The translations under genes and the position numbers were made by a program. From an uncultured virus (IMG/VR IMGVR_UViG_3300047323_000676) (lineage: Duplodnaviria > Heunggongvirae > Uroviricota > Caudoviricetes), in the IMG/VR virus record IMGVR_UViG_3300047323_000676: 64,000 bases of DNA. One strand, given 5' to 3'. The notes below the pieces were generated by a model that did no database searches, had not been told where the DNA came from, and saw nothing but the letters and a program-made list of their open reading frames with translations. Positions 22,192-29,933 of the stretch are shown here, piece after piece. Each line of letters opens with the position of its first letter. The stretch's first letter is position 1.

Positions 22192-23220
22192 TTATTTATT
22201 TTCATACAGTTTAATATAATCTTTCCCATATTTATCCACAGCATACTTAATAATAGGTTTCATGTCATCCTCATATAAAACTTTTATATCAGGATTATAG
22301 GCTAATTTTGCCTTCCATTTGTCACAATCATATCCTTTAATTTCAACTATATCCCCATTAACAAGAAAGTCAGGGATATACCATCTGTTTACTCCTTCAA
22401 ATATATATCTTCTTCTTTTTTTATTTCTTTGTATATCAATATTCTTTTCTAAGCAATATATAACATAAGCTAATTCCCATGAGCTATCACACTTAAAACC
22501 TTTATATGTACCTCTCTTGTATTGTTTATTAGGAATTAAACTTCCTGATAACATTCTGTCAGAAGCAATTTTTGAAAGTTTTTCTTTTACCTCAACAGTA
22601 TGGTGTTTTTTCTTTCTTTTATCGCCATGTAATGTAAAAGCCTTACTAATAGCTAATCCGTTTTTTGCAACAACATCTGATGTTTCTTTAGTTAACCCTT
22701 TATTGTGTGGATTTTTTCCTAACATTCCTTTTGGATGTTCTTTATTCTGCCAAGGATTAAGTCCAATTTTTTTTAATCTATCCGCTTCAACCTTAACAGG
22801 GCATTTTGCAGCAAATTTAGTACAATATGCTTTACCATTTTTATAAAAAAAATTAGGCATATTTCCACACCCCATGTCACAACTATTGGAAAAATTAGCA
22901 GGAATAAATTTTTTTGCTTCATTATTTCTTCTGGTTCCATTACCTACACAACTTAAAGCATGTTTTTCTCGCTGTGAATGAATACTTAAATTACATTTTT
23001 TACATATATATCTTAAACCATTAAGTTCATAATAATTGTTTAAATGATTTATATATATTTGGTTTTGAGATCTTTTTTCTAAACAAGAACATACAATATT
23101 ATATTTTTTCTTACCGCTATATATCTCACCATTACATTCTTTACATAGCCAAGTATCCTCTTTTCTAATATATTTTATGCCTATATCTTCAATCATTATT
23201 ATTCCTAAAAATATAGGCAT
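22192..23220 (-). CDS. Homing-endonuclease-like protein (Zn fingers, NUMOD3-like, PD-(D/E)xK domain)
   Basis: CxxC motifs, KKHHTVEVKEKLS, DSSWE...YIPDFLV...IVEIKGY. Confidence 0.7.
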   Translation of the reverse strand: MPIFLGIIMIEDIGIKYIRKEDTWLCKECNGEIYSGKKKYNIVCSCLEKRSQNQIYINHLNNYYELNGLRYICKKCNLSIHSQREKHALSCVGNGTRRNNEAKKFIPANFSNSCDMGCGNMPNFFYKNGKAYCTKFAAKCPVKVEADRLKKIGLNPWQNKEHPKGMLGKNPHNKGLTKETSDVVAKNGLAISKAFTLHGDKRKKKHHTVEVKEKLSKIASDRMLSGSLIPNKQYKRGTYKGFKCDSSWELAYVIYCLEKNIDIQRNKKRRRYIFEGVNRWYIPDFLVNGDIVEIKGYDCDKWKAKLAYNPDIKVLYEDDMKPIIKYAVDKYGKDYIKLYENK

Positions 23221-23273
23221 AATAATAGATTATAAGATGATTTTAAGCAAGTATTTTAATGATTTTATATAAT

Positions 23274-23298
23274 AAAAAAGGCCAACCGAAGTTAGCCT
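23274..23298 (-). terminator. Probable terminator ending the tRNA-Ser operon
   Basis: Minus strand aggctaac-ttcg-gttggcc-tttttt. Confidence 0.7.
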
Positions 23299-23320
23299 AA
23301 TTTATAGGAGAAAAACAAAT

Positions 23321-23641
23321 TTACATCTTAATTAAATCTTCTTTACCATACTGATTTTTATGTATAGCTGAACGAACTAGGCATTCTTCATAATCATTAC
23401 CGTATGATGAATGAACTGTCATTCCACCAGATACCTTTCTTTCTTGAGCTTTAGCTATATTTCTGCATTGATTTATTATTTCTGCACTTAATCCAGCCTC
23501 ATCATGCTCAAGTTCTTTTCTATTTAACTCAGAAATAAAATAAATAAAACTTGAATAAAAAACTAAAAAAAATATAACAAAACAAATACCAAAAATAGTT
23601 AATTTTTTATTGAGATGTTTCATATTTTCTTCTTGGGTCAT
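23321..23641 (-). CDS. Single-TM protein, paralog of 23652..23999
   Basis: Shared QCxxIAKxQERxVxGGMTVHSSY...QYGKED; GGAG SD. Confidence 0.7.
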   Translation of the reverse strand: MTQEENMKHLNKKLTIFGICFVIFFLVFYSSFIYFISELNRKELEHDEAGLSAEIINQCRNIAKAQERKVSGGMTVHSSYGNDYEECLVRSAIHKNQYGKEDLIKM

Positions 23642-23651
23642 CTCTATTCTC

Positions 23652-23999
23652 CTAATTTTGGATTATATCTTCTTTACCGTATTGCTCTTTATGTATGACA
23701 GAAGTTCTAATGCAATTTCTATAGTCACCCCAATATGAAGAATGCACTGTCATCCCACCAGCAACCGTTCTTTCTTGAGATTTAGCAATTTTCTTGCATT
23801 GATTAAGTATTGATTCACTTAGTTTTGCTTCTTCAGCCTCAAGTCTTTTTCGGGAAGACTCACCTATATGGTTTAGCATTGATAGATAAAGAGTCATAAA
23901 CAATGTTCCCATAATAAGGAATACAAGGATTTGCACTATTAAAGCTAATAGTTCATTATTTTCTTTTGATTCATTTTGGATTTTTACTTCTTCAGTCAT
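23652..23999 (-). CDS. Single-TM protein, paralog of 23321..23641
   Basis: As above; GGAGG SD. Confidence 0.7.
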   Translation of the reverse strand: MTEEVKIQNESKENNELLALIVQILVFLIMGTLFMTLYLSMLNHIGESSRKRLEAEEAKLSESILNQCKKIAKSQERTVAGGMTVHSSYWGDYRNCIRTSVIHKEQYGKEDIIQN

Positions 24000-24039
24000 G
24001 GCACTGCCTCCTTGTTATTAAAGTTAATTAAAAACATTT

Positions 24040-24131
24040 CGGAAGCAGTGAGATTTGAACTCACGCAGGCTTTTTAGTTCCCCTAACTGTGAAACACAGT
24101 TTCCCTTATGACCAGGCTTGGGTACACTTCC
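24040..24131 (-). pseudogene. Degenerate tRNA-Ser-like gene (anticodon loop UG-UUU-CA, no CCA)
   Basis: Cloverleaf closely related to 25037..25132 but G33/C37, self-pairing loop and no encoded CCA. Confidence 0.7.
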
Positions 24132-24138
24132 ATTAAAA

Positions 24139-24345
24139 CTATTTATTTTTTTTCTTAACGAAAAAATTTTTTACCGCAGGAGCATTAATTACAACCTGAA
24201 CAGTATTTTTATTTACTTCATTACTAGTATCAGTTATGGAATTTTGATTAGCTCTGTTTAATCTTTGCTTCAAAGTATATTCCAAAGCCTTAGAATTAGT
24301 AACACCTAATTCTTTTTTGTCTTTTCCATAAGTAATACGAGCCAT
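24139..24345 (-). CDS. Small basic hypothetical protein within the tRNA operon
   Basis: 68-aa ORF filling the space between tRNA genes. Confidence 0.5.
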   Translation of the reverse strand: MARITYGKDKKELGVTNSKALEYTLKQRLNRANQNSITDTSNEVNKNTVQVVINAPAVKNFFVKKKNK

Positions 24346-24375
24346 AATATATCTTTTTATTTTTATTATTTAATT

Positions 24376-24472
24376 TGGCGGAAGAGGTGGGATTCGAACC
24401 CACGCAGGATGGTTTATATCCTCTAACTGCTTTCGAGGCAGTCCCCTTATAACCAGGCTTGGGTACTCTTCC
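24376..24472 (-). tRNA. tRNA-Ser(CGA)
   Basis: GGAAGAG/CTCTTCC acceptor, ACTGC-CT-CGA-AA-GCAGT, long variable arm, TTCGAAT, G73-CCA. Confidence 0.92.
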
Positions 24473-24480
24473 TTATTCTT

Positions 24481-24633
24481 TTATCTAATTTTTTTCTTAC
24501 CACTTGGTTTCAGAATTTTAGCAGCCTCTTTAGATGACTTTGATGGTTGCCAACTAACAGGACGACCACATCCGATACAATAACGATCACCATGCCATAG
24601 GGTTTGTCCACAAATACAGGGCTTAGATTGCAT
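24481..24633 (-). CDS. Small zinc-ribbon protein not in the track (50 aa)
   Basis: MQSKPCICGQTLWHGDRYCIGCGRPVSW...; AAGGAGA SD. Confidence 0.65.
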   Translation of the reverse strand: MQSKPCICGQTLWHGDRYCIGCGRPVSWQPSKSSKEAAKILKPSGKKKIR

Positions 24634-24654
24634 AATTATATCTCCTTTTTATTA

Positions 24655-24745
24655 TGGCGGAAGCGGGGAGAGTCGAACTCCCAAGGCGCTATTAACACTC
24701 AACTGTTTTCAAGACAGGTACCGTCGCCAATCGGTTTGCGCTTCC
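24655..24745 (-). tRNA. tRNA-Ser(TGA)
   Basis: CTGT-CT-TGA-AA-ACAG, long variable arm, G73-CCA. Confidence 0.9.
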
Positions 24746-24780
24746 ATATTCTTTTTTAAATAAATTACCTACATCTAATC

Positions 24781-24872
24781 TGGCGGAAAAGGTGGGATTC
24801 GAACCCACGAGAGGGTATTAACCTCTGACGATTTAGTAGATCGTTGCTATAAGCCAGCTCTGCCACTTTTCC
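24781..24872 (-). tRNA. tRNA-Ser(ACT)
   Basis: ACGAT-CT-ACT-AA-ATCGT, long variable arm, G73-CCA. Confidence 0.9.
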
Positions 24873-24908
24873 ATATTCTTTTTAAAATCAACTATTTACA
24901 ACATATTT

Positions 24909-24998
24909 TGGCGGAGAGCCAGGGAGTCGAACCCTGTGACCATGTTTCCATAGTCTACTCATTAGCAGTGAGGCGCCTTACCGTCCGGCCCGCTCTCC
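24909..24998 (-). tRNA. tRNA-Ser(GCT)
   Basis: CTCA-CT-GCT-AA-TGAG, long variable arm, G73-CCA. Confidence 0.9.
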
Positions 24999-25036
24999 AA
25001 ATTCTTCCATAACTATTTACAACTATAAATTTAAAC

Positions 25037-25132
25037 TGGTGGAAGCGGTGAGATTCGAACTCACGCAGGCTTTTTAGGTCCCCTAGCTGCTTTCAAAACA
25101 GCCCCCTTATAGCCGGACTTGGGTACACTTCC
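25037..25132 (-). tRNA. tRNA-Ser(TGA) with A73 discriminator
   Basis: GCTGT-TT-TGA-AA-GCAGC; ends CGCTTCC-A-CCA. Confidence 0.85.
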
Positions 25133-25160
25133 ATAAATTTTTAAAAACTACATCATATAC

Positions 25161-25255
25161 TGGCGGTGAGTGTGGGATTCGAACCCACGGCCCTCTTTAT
25201 GGGAGAACGATTTCTTAGCAGGAAATTGCCTTAAACCTAACTCAGCCAACTCACC
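25161..25255 (-). tRNA. tRNA-Ser(GCT)
   Basis: ATTTC-CT-GCT-AA-GAAAT, long variable arm, G73-CCA. Confidence 0.92.
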
Positions 25256-25291
25256 AAATTCTTTTTTAAATAAACAACTTACATCTAAAAC

Positions 25292-25379
25292 TGGCGGAAA
25301 AGGTGAGATTCGAACTCACGGAGCCTTGCGACTCGACAGTTTTCTAGACTGTTCTCGTAAACCACTTGAGTACTTTTCC
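25292..25379 (-). tRNA. tRNA-Ser(AGA)
   Basis: ACAGT-CT-AGA-AA-ACTGT, long variable arm, G73-CCA. Confidence 0.9.
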
Positions 25380-25415
25380 TTTAAACCTTTTATTAACTAC
25401 ATTTACTTCATATCT

Positions 25416-25506
25416 TGGCGGAAGATACAGGATTCGAACCTGTGTACCCCTCACGGAGTTCCATCTTTCCAGGATGGCGCAATGGACCAGACTATGCGAA
25501 TCTTCC
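25416..25506 (-). tRNA. tRNA-Ser(GGA)
   Basis: CCATC-CT-GGA-AA-GATGG, long variable arm, G73-CCA. Confidence 0.92.
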
Positions 25507-25610
25507 AAAATTCTTTTAAATCTAATTAGTTAATGCAACAAAAACTTAACATTTCATACACTAACTGATTAAATCTATCTACTATTTCCCTACGGCAACA
25601 CTTACCAAAT

Positions 25611-25645
25611 AAAAAAGCACTCTGTTTTTACGAGAGTGCTTTTTT
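25611..25645 (-). terminator. Attenuator terminator upstream of the tRNA-Ser array
   Basis: Minus strand aaaaaagcactct-cgtaaaaac-agagtgctttttt. Confidence 0.85.
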
Positions 25646-25667
25646 ATAAAATCTCAACTATTTTCAG

Positions 25668-25742
25668 TTAAGCAGCAACACTCCCGTTCATTTCTGAACT
25701 AGATGAAGAACTACTGGATGAACTGAAAGATTTGTTAAACAT
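25668..25742 (-). CDS. Poly-serine leader peptide MFNKSFSSSSSSSSSSEMNGSVAA (24 aa)
   Basis: ATG TTT AAC AAA TCT TTC AGT TCA TCC AGT AGT TCT TCA TCT AGT TCA GAA ATG AAC GGG AGT GTT GCT GCT TAA; lies between promoter and terminator. Confidence 0.85.
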   Translation of the reverse strand: MFNKSFSSSSSSSSSSEMNGSVAA

Positions 25743-25776
25743 TTTTATTATCTCATAAGAATTAATTGATAAACAG

Positions 25777-25805
25777 ATTATTGCATGAAAAAATTCTGCT
25801 GTCAA
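25777..25805 (-). promoter_or_regulatory. Sigma70-type promoter for the leader/tRNA-Ser operon
   Basis: TTGACA-N17-AATAAT with TG extended -10. Confidence 0.75.
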
Positions 25806-25900
25806 CAAGATTTCATAAAAAATTTAAAATATTTCCAAATTTTTCCTTTGTTTCATTTAAACAACATTTACTATTGAGCAACTTATCCAACTAACTATAA

Positions 25901-26332
25901 TTATACTTTAATAAATTTTATATCTTCCAATTCATTTACTTCTAAACTTAAATTAAGCTCTTGATTTAATTTCCTAGAGTCAAACATTTTTCTTACTACC
26001 TCATCTGCACAAAACCAATTTTTTGCATCTGCTTCAGTTTCTTTACCAAGGGAGTTCGCTTCACTGATTTTATAATCAAAAATAAGGTAATTCAGAATTT
26101 CTTTGCAACTTCCCTCAAAATTAAAGCATCTGCAAGTATATTTAAATATTAATTCTTCTTTTTTAGCTAATGTGATATAAATGTAATTATTTGGGTTAAG
26201 CAAATTTTTAATAGAATTAATGTCATTTCTATTAACTTCCTGAATTACCAATAATCTAAAATTTAGCAATTGTGTAAAAGCACTAGACTTAGCTAATTCA
26301 TCTTTTATTCGTTGACGAAGATCTTTTTGCAT
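25901..26332 (-). CDS. Small helical paralog, family A
   Basis: YLIFDYKISE...MFDSRKLNQEL...IKV. Confidence 0.75.
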   Translation of the reverse strand: MQKDLRQRIKDELAKSSAFTQLLNFRLLVIQEVNRNDINSIKNLLNPNNYIYITLAKKEELIFKYTCRCFNFEGSCKEILNYLIFDYKISEANSLGKETEADAKNWFCADEVVRKMFDSRKLNQELNLSLEVNELEDIKFIKV

Positions 26333-26343
26333 AATTATACTTT

Positions 26344-26937
26344 ATGATTATTAGCTGTTATAATATCATATATTATGTAATTTTGATAATGATGAGTAAA
26401 AATAAAAGAAATCTAGAGTTATTGGATAAAAATACTATACGCAATATATTAATAGATGCTTGTAGAGACAATCGCTTATCTATGGTTAAATATATATTAA
26501 CCTCTCGCAAGGTATTTATTAAGCCTGATTCGCATGATGTCTACATGGGATTACTTTATGCAGCAGAACATGGTAATTTAAAGATAGTTGAGTATCTTTT
26601 ATTTAGTAAAGATTTGGAGAAAAATCCTAGCTTTAGCCATCGTGATTCGGCTTATGTAGAAGCGATAAGTAAACAAAACCAATTTCATGTATTAGATTTT
26701 TTGTTAGAAAAGAGGATTTTTGATCCAGAAATTGCATTTGTTGACTGTCACAAGTATGTAGAAGTTCCTACTCCATTGACTTATTATTTAGTTAATAAAT
26801 GTAATGTTACTATTAATGGAGCTATTCAAGAGATTATTGATAGAAATCCTCTTATTGGAAAACTATTTTTGAATAGGGAACTGAATAAAGAGTTAGCTAA
26901 TAAACTAGATGTGTGTAATAAAAAATTTAAGCTTTGA
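26344..26937 (+). CDS. Ankyrin-like paralog, family B
   Basis: DACRDNRLSMVKYILTS...AAEHGNLKIVEYLL; tail RELNKEL...KKFKL. Confidence 0.75.
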   Translation: MIISCYNIIYYVILIMMSKNKRNLELLDKNTIRNILIDACRDNRLSMVKYILTSRKVFIKPDSHDVYMGLLYAAEHGNLKIVEYLLFSKDLEKNPSFSHRDSAYVEAISKQNQFHVLDFLLEKRIFDPEIAFVDCHKYVEVPTPLTYYLVNKCNVTINGAIQEIIDRNPLIGKLFLNRELNKELANKLDVCNKKFKL

Positions 26938-26938
26938 A

Positions 26939-27322
26939 CTATAGTTTTGATTTTTTATGATGGTGGATGTCTGAATTATCTATTTCTAATTCTTTTTGTA
27001 ATTCATCATTTAATTTTCTTTGTGCAAACATTTCTTTTGCTTTTTCTACATCTACGAAATTATGGTTAACAGTATCAATAGAGTTTATTTCACTTATTCT
27101 ATAATCAAAAATTAAGTAATGTAAAAGTGGATAACTAGTTTTACGATAATTTAAGTAAGCAATTGCTTCTTGAAATATTAATCGTTCTTTTTTAGCTTGA
27201 TCCAAATATTTAAAATTAGTATTAAGCAAACATTCTTTAACTTTATCTATATTCTTATAATATTCCGATTCAGAAATTATATTTGATATTTGGGAAATCT
27301 CTTTTTCTTTTTCTATATTCAT
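26939..27322 (-). CDS. Small helical paralog, family A
   Basis: YLIFDYRISE; tail. Confidence 0.75.
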   Translation of the reverse strand: MNIEKEKEISQISNIISESEYYKNIDKVKECLLNTNFKYLDQAKKERLIFQEAIAYLNYRKTSYPLLHYLIFDYRISEINSIDTVNHNFVDVEKAKEMFAQRKLNDELQKELEIDNSDIHHHKKSKL

Positions 27323-27690
27323 ATCTTTAGTTTTTTATCTTGTTTACTTTCATCTTGATTTTCTGATAGTTCTGTTTTTAAACTTTTAGCAGCTAACATA
27401 CTTTCAATCCTTTTTTTGATATATCTATCATTGGGGAAGTTAATATTTTCTTGGCTTATAGCATAATCAAATACCAAAAAATTTAGTATTTTTTCACCTA
27501 ATCCATGATTGGATAAATGGTAACTTAAGTGCTTAAGAACTTCATTTTCTTTTTCATGTAATGGTAGATCATAATATTTTTTCTTTCCAAATAAAAATAT
27601 TATGCTATGAATATCATCTTTAGTAATTGCATCAGTAACATCTATAGAAAATCTTTTAAATCTAAATTCTTTATTTATATTAATGAACAC
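27319..27690 (-). CDS. Small helical paralog, family A
   Basis: FLVFDYAISQ; tail. Confidence 0.75.
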   Translation of the reverse strand: MFININKEFRFKRFSIDVTDAITKDDIHSIIFLFGKKKYYDLPLHEKENEVLKHLSYHLSNHGLGEKILNFLVFDYAISQENINFPNDRYIKKRIESMLAAKSLKTELSENQDESKQDKKLKI

Positions 27691-27692
27691 AT

Positions 27693-28070
27693 TTATACCT
27701 TTATCCTTGTAGTAGTTCCACTATTGATTGGTAATTCTTTATTTAATTCTTGATTTAATCGTCTAGTATTAAACATATCATCAACAGCTTTATTTCCATT
27801 AGGGTGAGCAATTTTAGTATAACATTCTTCGCTTATATTATATTCCAATATAAGATATTCTAAAAAAGTATTTGCTGATATATAAAATTTGGATAAACTT
27901 AAGGTTGTTTGTAAAATATAATCTTCTTTTTCCTTTGTACTTAAAAAGGAATAATTTTTTTCAAGCATTATATTAGTGAACAGAGTGCGATCAGAAGATT
28001 TTATGAGTTCGTTTACTCCTTGTCGAAATAAAGAGTGTTCATAATTATAATTAGAATCGTTTTTGTTCAT
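27693..28070 (-). CDS. Small helical paralog, family A
   Basis: YLILEYNISE; tail. Confidence 0.75.
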   Translation of the reverse strand: MNKNDSNYNYEHSLFRQGVNELIKSSDRTLFTNIMLEKNYSFLSTKEKEDYILQTTLSLSKFYISANTFLEYLILEYNISEECYTKIAHPNGNKAVDDMFNTRRLNQELNKELPINSGTTTRIKV

Positions 28071-28444
28071 ATTTTTTTTCTTTTATTATTTTCACTATTA
28101 ATTGGCAATTCTTTATTTAACTCTTGATTTAATCGTCTATTATTAAACATATCATCAATTAATTGATTCTTAAATTTACTATCTATACAAGAATAAACAT
28201 CTTCTCTTATATTGTAATCAAAAATCAAGTATTCAAATAATGATTCTTCCACAGTATCGATAAGCAACAAGCCAACACACAAATTAAATATCTGTTTTTC
28301 TTTTTCCTCTTTAGTAATGTCTGGATAAGCATTAGAAAGAATTATTTTTTTAATTTTTTTATGATTATTATCTCTTACTGCACGAATAACCGTTTTTTCA
28401 AATTTATTTGTAAAAAACATTTGGTCAATATCATCTTCAATCAT
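28067..28444 (-). CDS. Small helical paralog, family A
   Basis: YLIFDYNIRE; tail. Confidence 0.75.
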   Translation of the reverse strand: MIEDDIDQMFFTNKFEKTVIRAVRDNNHKKIKKIILSNAYPDITKEEKEKQIFNLCVGLLLIDTVEESLFEYLIFDYNIREDVYSCIDSKFKNQLIDDMFNNRRLNQELNKELPINSENNKRKKI

Positions 28445-28447
28445 ATT

Positions 28448-28855
28448 TTATACCTTTGTTCTTTTTTCAGAAGTAGTATTCAGAATATCTAATTCTTTTA
28501 TTAGCTCGGATTTGAGCTTTCTTTTTTCAAACATCTCTTTAACTTCATTTTGGAATTCATCAATTCCTAAAATTTGCATAGCTGAATAACTAATATTTTT
28601 ATAAGATTCAATAAAATAATGTTCTTTTATTTCGTATTCAAAAATAAGATAAGCTAATACTTCTGTATTAAGTAAGGTATAAGCAGAAATAAAAGTTTGG
28701 TTTTCTTTTTCTTCAAAACTTAGATTGGTATAAGTATCAGAAACAATCATATTTTTAATTTTGATCATATCATTATTTTTTATTGCATTCCCAATTTCTA
28801 AACAGAATTTAGAACTACGATTTCTATAACTTTGAAAATCTTCGGTTTCCGACAT
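28448..28855 (-). CDS. Small helical paralog, family A
   Basis: YLIFEYEIKE; tail. Confidence 0.75.
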   Translation of the reverse strand: MSETEDFQSYRNRSSKFCLEIGNAIKNNDMIKIKNMIVSDTYTNLSFEEKENQTFISAYTLLNTEVLAYLIFEYEIKEHYFIESYKNISYSAMQILGIDEFQNEVKEMFEKRKLKSELIKELDILNTTSEKRTKV

Positions 28856-28861
28856 TTTATT

Positions 28862-29248
28862 TTATACCTTTGTTTTATTATTCGATTTAATATAATTATA
28901 TTTCCCCTCATTTAATTCCAATCCTAATTCTTTTTTAATATTTCTAGACTCAAACATTTTAATAACTCTTTGGTCTATATCAGTATGTATTTTGATTAAG
29001 TGTTCCAAAGAATTATCTTCATGAATATTATAATCAAAAATTAAATATTTAATTGCATTATCCTGATGATCACGAATAAATGATGAATAAGCTGCTGAAA
29101 AAGTTTGTGCTTCTAATTCATTTTTGGGAATACCAGGAAAGGGTTTATCAGAAAGGATATAATCGATATCCTCCATGTTATTAGCTTTGATTGCATAATC
29201 TACTGTATTATTAATAAGTCTAGCAACTCTTTCTGTCATTTTTGTCAT
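28862..29248 (-). CDS. Small helical paralog, family A
   Basis: YLIFDYNIHE; tail. Confidence 0.75.
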   Translation of the reverse strand: MTKMTERVARLINNTVDYAIKANNMEDIDYILSDKPFPGIPKNELEAQTFSAAYSSFIRDHQDNAIKYLIFDYNIHEDNSLEHLIKIHTDIDQRVIKMFESRNIKKELGLELNEGKYNYIKSNNKTKV

Positions 29249-29269
29249 AATTTCCTAGTAAAGATTAAT

Positions 29270-29911
29270 TTAAATTTTTATTCTTTTAAGTTGTGTATCA
29301 TTAAGTTTTAGCTCTTGGTTTAAATCTGTTTTGATTTCTTTGTATAAATCTCGTTTTAAAAACATATCATGAAATTTTGATGGAATATAAATACCTTTAT
29401 TTATACCATATTCAAAAATAAGATAAGTGAAAATATCTGCACCTACTTCCGAATAAAAATAAATCTTATTAGCAGTCTTAAGCAGATATAATTCCTTTTC
29501 TTCCTGAGTTAAAAGAGGATAACAATCAGAGAGTAAAATTTCTTGTATTTCTTCTATGTTATTCTCATAACACGCTTTACGAACTCTTTGTTTTAAATCT
29601 CTAGCTTGAAATGAACTTTTAACTCTTGGGTCTATATCTATTTTTAAGGCAGCTAGTTGTTCAATAGAATTATCGACACTTATATTACAATTAAAAATAA
29701 TAAATCCAAGTAGTTTACATGTAATATTATTGTTATTATCTAAAAATTGAGAATAACATAAGGAAAAAATATATTTTTCTTTTTCGTCTTGCGGTATGCC
29801 ATGAAAATTTGGTGAGGAAATCATATCTTCAATAAGGTTCATATTATCATAAACCTTTGCAGTTTCAATAATTTTAGCTATAACTCCTTTTTGTTCGTAT
29901 GTCATTTCCAT
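29270..29911 (-). CDS. Family A paralog with two tandem domains
   Basis: FIIFNCNIS and YLIFEYGIN; single tail. Confidence 0.75.
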   Translation of the reverse strand: MEMTYEQKGVIAKIIETAKVYDNMNLIEDMISSPNFHGIPQDEKEKYIFSLCYSQFLDNNNNITCKLLGFIIFNCNISVDNSIEQLAALKIDIDPRVKSSFQARDLKQRVRKACYENNIEEIQEILLSDCYPLLTQEEKELYLLKTANKIYFYSEVGADIFTYLIFEYGINKGIYIPSKFHDMFLKRDLYKEIKTDLNQELKLNDTQLKRIKI

Positions 29912-29933
29912 AAATTTTTTCTTTAGAATTAAT

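Noticed and set aside
22232..22240. Perfect DnaA box TTATCCACA
   Set aside because: Single site inside a coding region, expected by chance in AT-rich DNA.
24655..25132. tRNAs with TGA anticodon as stop suppressors or evidence of recoding
   Set aside because: Anticodon TGA reads the Ser codon TCA, and genes such as nrdA and glyA are intact under code 11.
25170..25529. 119-aa plus-strand ORF in the track
   Set aside because: It is antisense to three tRNA genes and part of a fourth, a typical tRNA shadow ORF.
25510..25780. T-box riboswitch as the regulator of the tRNA operon
   Set aside because: No T-box GGTGG-ACC antiterminator bulge or stem I motifs are visible, and the leader-peptide model explains the structure.
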